A stretch of DNA of 64,000 bases, taken from the NCBI GenBank assembly GCA_050949565.1, contig JBMNFY010000017.1:1760001-1824000 (forward strand), given 5' to 3'. The notes beneath the pieces are model-generated. The model saw nothing but the letters and a program-made list of their open reading frames with translations, was not told where the DNA came from and ran no database searches. The translations under genes and the position numbers were made by a program. Source of the DNA: Kiritimatiellia bacterium. Its GTDB lineage: Bacteria; Verrucomicrobiota; Kiritimatiellia; RFP12; UBA1067. Of the stretch, positions 9,367 through 18,854 are shown piece by piece (the stretch's first letter is position 1; each line of letters begins with the position of its first letter).

Positions 9367-12300
9367 ATGAATACGAGACTGGCTGGATTGATGGCTATCT
9401 GTGTGGGTGCGCTGTCGCTTCACGCGCAAACATTGCGCACGGCGGGATCGCTTGCGGTGGACTTGGATGCCGCCACGATTACGGCGGCGGATGGCGACGC
9501 AGTGACTACATGGGCGAACAACGGCACGCTAGGCGCATCGTTTGACGCGCTCGCGGGCACGACCGGTGCGGCGTTCACCAACAACCTGCATGGCCGGAAA
9601 GCGATCCTCTTCGACGGCACCGCGCAGAGCGTGCTGGTCGGTCCGACGGCCCCCTCCTCCTTGACCGGCGGAAGTGTGTGGTCGATTGAGGCATGGGTGT
9701 GGGTTCCGTCGCTGCCGCCCGCGAAATCGGTCTACCTCTCGTGGACTGAGGACGAGACGGTGGGGACCGGCTGGCAGGGTTGGGTTAGGCTGATGATGCG
9801 CTACGATGTCCACGGTGTGCAGATTGATTTTCGCGGCGGTGCGCTGGGTTCGCTTTACGGCACGCCCGCGCCCGGTCACTGGCATCACATTGCCGTGACC
9901 CGGCCGCTCCTGCGATGATACATACCTTTTATGTGGATGGCGCATGCTGCGGCCGGCTCGGACAGAGTAGTGATATCAAGCTGCAGGCAGACAAGCCGCT
10001 GGCGCTTGGCGGCGTGCTGCGGGCCGGAACGATGGCCACCTACACGAACTTCTTTGCGGGCGCGCTCTCGCGGGTGCGCGTCCACACCGGCCCGCTGAGC
10101 GAGGACGACGTGCGCCACAACTACCTGGCCGATGTCCCGTCCTACCGCGCGGGCGAGCTACGCGGTCTGGAACGGCGGCGCCGGCGACTGGAACGATTCC
10201 TGCTTTCTGGCAGGACGGCCGGGTCGGCGCGGGCCTCGACGCGGTGCGCATCCAGAGGCGGCTCGCTGACCGTGACCAATGACGATGTGATCGGCCAGCA
10301 GTCTGGCGATGTTGGATCTGCGTACTGGAACGATCGAGTTGACCACCTCCGCCGCGCGTATCGACAGCCGCACGCCTTTCCTCGTGGGCCGCGAAAGCGG
10401 TCAGGCGGCCGCGATCAACGTGTCGAGCGGCGTGCTCCACGTTGTGTCGAGCGGCAATCCTGCGCATACCTCGACCTCGGCGTGAACGGCGCGCTGTCGA
10501 CGCTGGAAGTGGGCGGCTCGGGTACTGCGGCCACGCTCTACACCGCGCAGCTCCGCGCATTCGCGGAGGGCACCAGCGACATCCGCGTCATGAAAGGCGG
10601 CGTGATCGAAATGGACGCGCTGTTCGCGGACGCGCTGAGCGTCCCCTCGGTGAGCGTGGCGGGCGGCACCTTCCGCAACCGGACGGGCGGCACCATGGGG
10701 TACTTCTTCAATGTGCCGCAGGTGAACGTCTCCACGGACGGCGTGACCTTCGACACCCCCGCCGGAGCTGTCATGGCCGTTTCCGCGCCGCTGCTGCACG
10801 ATGCGTCCGGGCCTGATGCAGGCGGTGGCCTGCGCAAAATCGGGGGCGGGACGCTGGTCCTCAGCGGCACGAACACCTACGCCGGCGCGACCTCGGTCGA
10901 GGCTGGTACCTTGGTGCTTGCGCCCCGGCTGCTGGACGGACTGGTCTACCGGCTGGACACCTCCGCCGACGCGCTCGATACCCTCACGCTCGATGCCTCG
11001 TCCAACGTGCTCGCATGGGCCGATTGCAGCGGCGCGGGCTTTGTCTTCACGACCAACAAAACCACGATATGTCCGGTCTACGACCCCGCGCTCTTCGGCG
11101 GTCGCGGCGGCCTGCGTTTCAGTCGCGATGCCACCTGCTGCCGGCTGGCAACCGACCGGGCGGCCAAGATCCAGACGGTCTTCGCGGTGGTCGCGCCGGC
11201 GGCCGGCAACGACATCGGCGGCCTCTGGGGGCTCTCAGGGGACGATTACGGCATCCGCTTCAACGCGACCTCCGTGCAATACACCGGTAACAACAACGAC
11301 TTCTCCGCCTCTGGCGCGGTCTATACGAACGGAGCATTCGGCAACGGCTTCACCGTTGGTCAGCCGTTTGTACTGACCGCTGTCGCTGATCGCCCTCAGA
11401 CCTGGGTCACGGCGATCGGCGATTACTGGGGCAATCTTGAACACCGGCGCGCCTACCGCGGCGACATCGCCGAGATCCTGACGTACGACCGGCGACTGGA
11501 TGACCGCGAGCGCCAGGAGATCGCGCAGTATCTCATGGCGAAGTGGCTGGGCACGGTGTCGGCACCCGCGCTTTCCGATCAACTCCTGCCGCACGCCAAT
11601 GCGTTGACGGTCGGCGCGGGTGCGTCGGTGGATCTGCACGGATCCTCCGCGACGCTCTCCATGCTCCAAGGTGCCGGCGTGATCGGCAACGGGCAGCCCG
11701 CGACCTCGTTGCTGACGATCGGTGCGGATGATGCCGAATTCGCGTTCGCCGGTTCTATCACTGGTAACGTGGCCGTCAGCAAGATCGGCGCGGGGAACGC
11801 TGTCTTCGCCGGACAGAACACGCTCAGCGGTCCGCTCACGATCGAGGCCGGCACGCTCTCGCTCGCTCCGGCGTCTCGTCGGTCACGGGCTTGGTCTACC
11901 GGCTGGACGCCTCGGAACCTGAGACGCTGACCTTCCTCGCCGACGGCTCGAACGTGACCGCCTGGGCGGATGCCGAGGGCTCCGGCTTTGTGTTCGCGAC
12001 CACCAACGATCTCAACTGCCCGGTCTATGACGCCGCGCTCTTCGGCGGTCGTGGCGGACTCCACTTCGGTCGCGGCGGCGCGCGCGGACGCATGCTCGGT
12101 TCGGGCGTGACCAACGCCCAGACGGTTTTCGTGGTCAACATGATCCGCGACCAAAGCAATAGCGACAGCGGCCTATGGGGCTCGGAAGGGCAGGACAGCG
12201 GACTCCGCATCGGCAACACCACGTGGTACTGGCCCGGCAACAAAGACGATTTCCACTTCCGTGACAACGGCGGACTGGTTGCCGTCAACGGTATTGTCTC

Positions 12301-12976
12301 TAATGCCACGGTGACGGTCGGCCAGATCCATCTCGTCACCTCGGTCAACGGTGCGCGCCAAAGTTTCCGGCCCGCGATCGGCGATTATTGGGGTTCTTCT
12401 CAGTATACGTCCCGCTATTATCGCGGCGACGTGGCCGAGATCTTGGTGTTCGACCGTGTCCTCACCACGTTGGAACGCCAGACCGTCGAGGCTGCGTTAA
12501 TGGCTAAATGGTTCCCGACCGACAGCGGTAGCGTACTGCCGTCGAGCGCGGCGGTTACGGTGCGGGCGGGCGGAACGCTGGACTTGGCCGGCGGCGCGTT
12601 CACCGTAACTTCGCTGGCCGGCGGCGGTTGCGTCTCGAACGGCACACTGACGGTGACCGGAACCGTCGCACCGGATGGCGTGTTGAGTGTCACGGCTGCA
12701 GTGCAGTTTACCGGGACTTTGGAGCTGAATGTCAGGGCGGACGGCACTTGCGACAGTCTGGCGGTGGCAGGTGCGCTGGACCTCTCAGGTCTGACGCTGA
12801 CCCTGAACCTGCCGGCTGAGCCGCCGACCGTCGGGTCGTACACGCTGATCTCCGCTGCGGGCGGGATTCAGGGCACTTTCGAGCAGGCGTCGGTTCCCAA
12901 GCCTTGGGGCTTGATCATGGAACCGACCGCCGTACGTCTCACCTATGCGAGCGGAACGTTCATGTTACTGAAGTGA
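9367..12976 (+). CDS. Large secreted protein with a LamG/concanavalin-like domain, autotransporter-associated beta-strand repeats and two internal repeat domains; split by several frameshifts
   Basis: Signal peptide; WSIEAWV..WHHIAVT; GGLRKIGGGTLVLSGTNTYAGATSVEAGTL and SKIGAGNAVFAGQNTLSGPLTIEAGTL; repeated LVYRLD..CPVYD.ALFGGRGGL..IGDYWG..YRGD.AEIL; continuous across ORFs 9367..9918, 9915..11930 and 11891..12976. Confidence 0.75.
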
Positions 12977-13003
12977 TGTTGGCTGGAGATGTAATGGGAG
13001 AAA

Positions 13004-14227
13004 ATGATGAGAGTGAACAGACGGCAATTTATGGAAGGGGCGGCGGCGTTCGGGCTGGCCGCAGGGATGGGCCGGGTGGCCGAAGGGGCAACGCCTACGG
13101 CATTCTCGGATTGGCGCGAGGGCCTGCTCGACATCCATCACATCAGCACGGGGCGGGGCGAATCGACGTTTGTCATCTGTCCAGACGGAACGACCATGCT
13201 GATTGATGCGGGCGACATGAGCGATGGACGCCCGGACGAGACGGTGCTGCCGCGCCTCCCGAACGCGAGCCGGACACCGGGCGAATGGATCGCCGCCTAT
13301 GTGGAACGTTTTTCCCGTCCGTTGAACCACAAAACGCCCCGTTTGGATTACGTGACATTGACTCACTTCCATTCGGACCATATCGGTTGTCGCCAGAACG
13401 AGGTCCGGGAGAAGAACGGTTATGCGCTTTCCGGCATCACGGAGGTCGCGGAGCATGTGGCCATCGGGACGCTCGTTGACCGCGCTTACCCTGATTACGC
13501 GTTTCCTACCCGCGAGGCGGTTGCGGCGAGCAATCCGAAATTCTTCAAGGACTATCTCGCGTTCGTCGAGCACCAGCGGACCAAGCGCGGAACGGTCATG
13601 GAGGCGTTCGACGTGGGCAGCCGCAAACAGTTCGCGTTGAAGCGCGCGCCGGACCGCTTCCCCAGCTTTATCGTGCGCAACATTGCCGCGAACGGCAAGG
13701 TGGGCGAGAAGACAGTTTTCACGCATGAGCAGCGTCCGGACGAGAACATGTGTTGTTCCGTGGTGACACTGTCCTACGGCGCGTTCACCTATTATACGGG
13801 CGGCGACTGCAGTGGTTCGCCTGCCAGACGCGATGTGGAGACACCCATAGGGGAAGCGGTCGGTCGCGTGAATGCCATGAGCTTGAACCATCACGGGTGT
13901 GATGACGGTACGAATGCCGCTATTCTTGCGGCGTTGCGTCCGCAAATCATGGTGATTCCGGTCTGGGACATGTGGCATCCGCAAACGAATGCCTTCACCC
14001 GGATGACAGACAAGACGATTTATCCCGACGACCGGATGATCTTTGCGACAGGGCTACACGAAAAGGCCAAGGCTCGTCTCGGTGAAGCGGCAGCGCTGAT
14101 CCGGCCTCAAGGGCATGTCGTCATCCGCGTGAGCGAAGGCGGCGCACGCTTCCGCGTGTTTGTGCTGGATCCGGGAGACTTTTCCGTGGTCGACGCTACA
14201 GACGAGTTGCACGCATCGAAGAAGTGA
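13004..14227 (+). CDS. Tat-exported metallo-beta-lactamase-fold hydrolase (ComEC/Rec2-like)
   Basis: NRRQFMEG twin-arginine signal; MLIDAG, THFHSDHIG (HxHxDH), TGGD and NHHG motifs. Confidence 0.8.
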   Translation: MMRVNRRQFMEGAAAFGLAAGMGRVAEGATPTAFSDWREGLLDIHHISTGRGESTFVICPDGTTMLIDAGDMSDGRPDETVLPRLPNASRTPGEWIAAYVERFSRPLNHKTPRLDYVTLTHFHSDHIGCRQNEVREKNGYALSGITEVAEHVAIGTLVDRAYPDYAFPTREAVAASNPKFFKDYLAFVEHQRTKRGTVMEAFDVGSRKQFALKRAPDRFPSFIVRNIAANGKVGEKTVFTHEQRPDENMCCSVVTLSYGAFTYYTGGDCSGSPARRDVETPIGEAVGRVNAMSLNHHGCDDGTNAAILAALRPQIMVIPVWDMWHPQTNAFTRMTDKTIYPDDRMIFATGLHEKAKARLGEAAALIRPQGHVVIRVSEGGARFRVFVLDPGDFSVVDATDELHASKK

Positions 14228-14254
14228 GTGGCGAGTAGAGGAGGGGGCCAGGAC

Positions 14255-16516
14255 ATGCGTTTGAAAAGAGCTTGGATGCGATGGATTGCCGCAATTCCCG
14301 TTGCGGTGTGCTGCCTTGACGCGCAAGGTCGGGGCGAGTCGTGGGTGCCCAAACCTCCGCCACCGCCGCCGGTTGAGACGTTGACGAACGCGGCGCGTTA
14401 TATCGAGTGGAAGTGGCGGATGGATGTCACCGACCCGCAGACGGGCGTGAACGCCAAGACGGCCACGGCATCTGTGCGTGAAATGGCGCAACGGCTGGAG
14501 CCGACGGAGCCTTGGTGCTGTGTCAAGGCCAAGCTGTACGCCTATCTGTGCGACAATCTGGCGATCGGTATGTCCGAGCATGATTGGTTCCCGGCCTTTG
14601 CGGTCTGGAACCGGTATGCGCGTCCGGTAAGTCCGGTCGTCGGACGGCGCAACCAGAAGATTTTCGCGCGCTACAATGCGGACGAGCAAGCCCGTATGAA
14701 TGCGGGTAACGCATCCGGCAAGTGGACGTTCTGGAAGGACTTCGACCATTCAGTGCCGGAATGGGAAAAGAATCTCGCCCTCGGCTTTCCCGGCATGGAC
14801 CGTCGCCTACGGGACAACTGGCGTGACGAACCGCGCTATCACGCGGTCTCGGAGGTCTCGCAGGCGACACTGCGGCTGATCGACCGCCTTATCGCCTACG
14901 GCGAGGCGCATGCGAACAAAGACGCTCTGCGGGTGCGGCGTCAAGTCGCGTCTCTGCGCCGCTTGCGCGCCGGTCCGCCGCAGACGGCACACGACGCGAT
15001 GATGTTCATCTACCTGTATTTCTTCTGCAGCGAACATCTCGACGTCATCCAGTGTCGCAGCCTGTCGATCATCGATGTCGTCCTGTGGCCCTACTATCAG
15101 GCCGACCTCGCGGCGGGCCGGACGACTGAGGCCGAGTTCCGCGAGCAGTTCAAGCATTTCCTCTGGCAGTGGGGGTCGATCGATAACTACTGGGGGCAGC
15201 CGGTCACGATGGGCGGCACGAAGGCCGACGGCACAACCGAGTACAATCCGCTCTCTTACATTATCCTTGATGTCATGGACGAATGTGCGCTGCCGACGCC
15301 AAAGTTTCACCTCAAGATCGCGGACAACACGCCGCGGGGGATCTTGCTGAAGGCGCTCGATATGGTGCGCCGTCACCGTCCGATCTCCTTCTGCGGCGAA
15401 GGGCCGATCCGACGCATCCTGACACACTACGGCTACACCGAGGACGAGGCTCGTCGCTTCTATACCAAGGGGTGCTACGAGTTCTGCCCCCCAGAAGGGG
15501 CGAACGGCACGGGGGTCGGTTACGTGAGCCTGGTGAAGCCAATTGAGGAACTGTTGGCGGCGGCAGCGCGTAACGAATTTTCGGCAGAGACCTATGAAGA
15601 TTTCGAAAAGGCCTACTTGCAGGCTGTTGTCGCCAACATGGTGGAGGCGACCGAAATCGCCAAGGCCTTTGAGTGCCATCTCGACGACGTGAATCCGGCG
15701 AACCTGACGACTTTAGCGGTCGAGAATGCCGTCAAGACGGGCAAGGACGCGTTTGCCAACGGTGCTTCGCGCGGCAACAACACGTCGATCCTGACGGTCG
15801 GGCTGGGAACGGCGGTCGATGCGTTGATGGCCGTACGGTCGATCGTTTACGAGCGCCGTGAAATGTCTTTGGTCAAACTGGGCGCGGTCATGCGTGACAA
15901 TTGGGCGGGTCATGAGGAACTCCGGCTGAGGATGCTGCGTTCGAAATGCAAGTGGGGGACGAACGATCCCCTCGCGAATGCGGCGGCGGGACGCATTTCC
16001 AAGGCACTCTCCCGGGCTGTGAATGGCAAGCCGAATTCCCGCGACGGACGGTTTTTCGTCAGCGGGCACTGCGCCCGTCAGTTCGTGCTGCAGGGCGAGC
16101 GTATAGGCGCAACGCCGGATGGCCGCAAGGCCGGGGAGGAGGTTTCCAAGAACCTCTCACCCACCATGGGGGCCGACACGGAGGGCGTCACGGCACTGGT
16201 TCTCTCCTTGGGTTCGCTTGATTCAATCGATTGGCCCGGCGATTTTCCGTTGGATGTGATGATGCTCCCCTACACCGTTTCCGGCGACGAGGGGTTGGAG
16301 GCGATGGCCGTCATTGTCCACGAGTTCTTTAACCGCGGCGGAGCCATGATTCAGTTCAATATCGTCGATGCGGAAGAGCTTTTGGACGCGCAGGCTCATC
16401 CAGAGAAATACGAGAACCTCCAGATTCGCGTATGCGGGTGGAACGTCCGCTGGAACGATTTGTCCAAGTCCGAGCAGGATGCCTATATCCTGCGTGCGCG
16501 TGCGCTGGCATTTTAA
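14255..16516 (+). CDS. Glycyl radical enzyme (PFL-like superfamily, not true PFL) with a signal-peptide-like N-terminus
   Basis: Cys loop KGCYEF (single Cys), GATPDGRKAGE, C-terminal glycyl loop LQIRVCGWNV; GAGGGGG SD before ATG 14255. Confidence 0.9.
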   Translation: MRLKRAWMRWIAAIPVAVCCLDAQGRGESWVPKPPPPPPVETLTNAARYIEWKWRMDVTDPQTGVNAKTATASVREMAQRLEPTEPWCCVKAKLYAYLCDNLAIGMSEHDWFPAFAVWNRYARPVSPVVGRRNQKIFARYNADEQARMNAGNASGKWTFWKDFDHSVPEWEKNLALGFPGMDRRLRDNWRDEPRYHAVSEVSQATLRLIDRLIAYGEAHANKDALRVRRQVASLRRLRAGPPQTAHDAMMFIYLYFFCSEHLDVIQCRSLSIIDVVLWPYYQADLAAGRTTEAEFREQFKHFLWQWGSIDNYWGQPVTMGGTKADGTTEYNPLSYIILDVMDECALPTPKFHLKIADNTPRGILLKALDMVRRHRPISFCGEGPIRRILTHYGYTEDEARRFYTKGCYEFCPPEGANGTGVGYVSLVKPIEELLAAAARNEFSAETYEDFEKAYLQAVVANMVEATEIAKAFECHLDDVNPANLTTLAVENAVKTGKDAFANGASRGNNTSILTVGLGTAVDALMAVRSIVYERREMSLVKLGAVMRDNWAGHEELRLRMLRSKCKWGTNDPLANAAAGRISKALSRAVNGKPNSRDGRFFVSGHCARQFVLQGERIGATPDGRKAGEEVSKNLSPTMGADTEGVTALVLSLGSLDSIDWPGDFPLDVMMLPYTVSGDEGLEAMAVIVHEFFNRGGAMIQFNIVDAEELLDAQAHPEKYENLQIRVCGWNVRWNDLSKSEQDAYILRARALAF

Positions 16517-16528
16517 AAGGGGGAAACA

Positions 16529-17371
16529 ATGAATAGACGTGCGTTTTGCATGGGAGCGGGAGTCGTCGCGGCGATGCCGTTCTATTCTTGGGCGAAGGTT
16601 GGCGGACGTCCGATGAAGGTACCGCTGATGCTGGATACGAAGCGGATGTCGATTCATGACGGACCGGGCATCCGCACGACGTTCTTCGTGAAGGGGTGCC
16701 CCTTGAAGTGTATCTGGTGCCATAATCCGGAATCGATCAGCACAAAGCCACAGTGGGCGCGTTTTCAGCATCTTTGCCGGAAATGCCCGAAGGGCTGCAC
16801 GATGGACGAGGCGACATGTCCGACCCGTGCGTTGAAGCACTATGGCACGGAGATGTCAATGGACGAGATAGTTGCCAAGGCACTCGAGGATAAGCCATTT
16901 TACGAGGCGTCGGGCGGAGGCGTGACGCTCTCGGGCGGCGAACCTCTTTTCTTCTGGGAGTGGACGGCCGAGCTTTTTAAACGCCTCAAGGCGGCGGGAC
17001 TCCACACCAGCCTCGACACTTCGCTCTATGCGCCGCCTGCTGCGATTGAGGCCATGCTGCCGGTCGTGGATATGTGGCTTCCCGATTACAAGGCAGACGA
17101 TGATGCGCTGCACCGGAAGTACACGGGCGTCCCGAACAAGCTCATCAAGGCAAATCTCGAAAGCCTCGTTGCGGCGAAGGCCAAGCTTGAGGTGCGCTGC
17201 CTCGTCGTGCCAGGCTGTACGGACGGCGAAGACATCCGATCGCGCCATCGGTACCTGAACTCGATTGGCATCACGGATAATCGCATCGTTGACCTTGAGT
17301 ACCATGATTACGCGCGCTCGAAATACCTCGCGCTTGGGCTTGAGGACACGATGCCCCCCATGTCCAAATGA
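16529..17371 (+). CDS. Glycyl-radical activating enzyme (radical SAM) with a twin-arginine N-terminus
   Basis: SIHDGPGIRTTFFVKGCPLKCIWCHNPES (CxxxCxxC), short Cys-rich insert CRKCPKGC..CP, GGVTLSGGEP; N-terminus MNRRAFCMGAGVVAAMPFYSWA. Confidence 0.92.
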   Translation: MNRRAFCMGAGVVAAMPFYSWAKVGGRPMKVPLMLDTKRMSIHDGPGIRTTFFVKGCPLKCIWCHNPESISTKPQWARFQHLCRKCPKGCTMDEATCPTRALKHYGTEMSMDEIVAKALEDKPFYEASGGGVTLSGGEPLFFWEWTAELFKRLKAAGLHTSLDTSLYAPPAAIEAMLPVVDMWLPDYKADDDALHRKYTGVPNKLIKANLESLVAAKAKLEVRCLVVPGCTDGEDIRSRHRYLNSIGITDNRIVDLEYHDYARSKYLALGLEDTMPPMSK

Positions 17372-17393
17372 CCGGTTGCGGACGGAGCCCGCA

Positions 17394-17530
17394 ACCCTCA
17401 CCCCGGCCCTCTCCCAGCGGGAGAGGGTGAAACAACCGAGCGGTGCTTTTACTCTCACGATTGCGAGCCACTGCGTGGTCGCAATAAGAGAGGTTGACTC
17501 GCGACCCACGACTTGCGACTTGCGGCTAGA
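17394..17530. repeat. Mosaic of REP-like palindromes
   Basis: CCCTCACCCCGGCCCTCTCCCAGCGGGAGAGGG hairpin, an 80-bp element (17427..17506) repeated at 37533..37611, and GACTTGC heptamers. Confidence 0.8.
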
Positions 17531-17590
17531 ACCCTACCCTCAGGCAACTAAGGGACAGGTGTTTAGACGACCCAACGCTGACAGATTGTA

Positions 17591-17619
17591 TTGACATTTC
17601 TAAACCGGCACTTTATAAA
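17591..17619 (+). promoter_or_regulatory. Sigma70 promoter, predicted leaderless transcript
   Basis: TTGACA-N17-TATAAA, with ATG 17626 six nt after the -10 box and no SD. Confidence 0.7.
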
Positions 17620-17625
17620 TGTCAC

Positions 17626-18801
17626 ATGAAATACCGGAATAGGACACTGGAAGCGGAGGTATTGCGGGCGGTCGCGCACTTTCCCGCTGTGCTGGTGACG
17701 GGGCCTCGGCGCTCCGGAAAAACCACGCTGTTGCGCCATCTGTTCCCCTCTTGCCAGCACGTACTGCTGGAAGATCCGGATGTCGTGGCGCGGGTGCGGG
17801 CTGATCCGCGCTCGTTTCTGGACAGCCTCACGCTTCCTGTCATTCTCGACGAGATGCAGAACACGCCCGAGTTGTTCGCCTACGTGCGCACCCGCATCGA
17901 CCGGCAGCCGGATCGCAAAGGGCTGTGGCTGCTCACCGGCTCGCAGGAGGCTCAGCTGATGCAGGGTGTTACCGAGTCTATGGCGGGGCGCGCGGCGGTC
18001 TTCTCGCTGCTACCGTTCTCTGCCGAGGAAACGCCGGACATGACGTTACGGCTCGGCGGCTTCCCCGAAGTGCAGGCCGCGCCCGAAGTGGCGGACATCT
18101 GGTTCCGCTCGTACGTACAGACCTATCTTGAACGCGATGTACGCGCCGTCGCCTCGATCCGCGACCTCGCGACCTTCCGCCGTTTTATGGCGCTGCTGGC
18201 CAGCCGTTGCGGCCAGATGCTCAACAAGACGGCCCTGGCCGCGCCGCTGGGGGTGAGCGTGCCCACCCTCACCCAATGGCTGAGTATCCTGGAGGTCACC
18301 GGACAGATCATCCTGACGCCGCCCTATTACGAAAATTTCGGCAAGCGGATCGTCAAAACTCCCAAGGTCTATTTCGTGGACTCGGGTTTGGCGGCCGCAT
18401 TGCTGGGAATCCGAAATGACGAGGATCTGGCCGTTTCGCCCTTCCGCGGCCCGCTGTTCGAGGGACTGGTCGCCTCGGAGATCGTCAAGCACCGTTTGAA
18501 CCGGGGACAGGAACGGGGACTGTACATTTTCCGCGACCGCCAAGGGCTGGAGGTCGATTTCGTGGTGGACGAGGGCAACCGCCGCCTGCTGCTGGTCGAA
18601 GCCAAGGCTACCCGCACGCCGATGCCCGACGATGGACGTTCCCTGACGCGTCTGGCAACGGCGATGGGGAACAGCGCCATGACGCGCGCGGTGGTCGTGC
18701 ATGCCGGCACGGCGGATCGTGCCGCGCCCATGCCGCTGTGCCCCGGTGTGCGGGCGGTCGGCTGGCGCGCGTTGCATGCGTTGCTTGATGAGAAAGTCTG
18801 A
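17626..18801 (+). CDS. AAA_14-type ATPase with C-terminal DUF4143-like domain
   Basis: GPRRSGKTT Walker A, ILDEMQ Walker B, LLTGS, GGFPE, KTPKVYFVDSG, EVDFVV..LVEAK nuclease-like motif. Confidence 0.85.
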   Translation: MKYRNRTLEAEVLRAVAHFPAVLVTGPRRSGKTTLLRHLFPSCQHVLLEDPDVVARVRADPRSFLDSLTLPVILDEMQNTPELFAYVRTRIDRQPDRKGLWLLTGSQEAQLMQGVTESMAGRAAVFSLLPFSAEETPDMTLRLGGFPEVQAAPEVADIWFRSYVQTYLERDVRAVASIRDLATFRRFMALLASRCGQMLNKTALAAPLGVSVPTLTQWLSILEVTGQIILTPPYYENFGKRIVKTPKVYFVDSGLAAALLGIRNDEDLAVSPFRGPLFEGLVASEIVKHRLNRGQERGLYIFRDRQGLEVDFVVDEGNRRLLLVEAKATRTPMPDDGRSLTRLATAMGNSAMTRAVVVHAGTADRAAPMPLCPGVRAVGWRALHALLDEKV

Positions 18802-18854
18802 CACCGCCCCTGCGGGGCTGTGACTCCGCGCTCAGCGCGGCACCCCTCACAGTC

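Noticed and set aside
14255-16516. Pyruvate formate-lyase (pflB) or bacterial microcompartment locus
   Set aside because: Lacks the adjacent Cys-Cys pair of PFL, and no shell protein genes are nearby.
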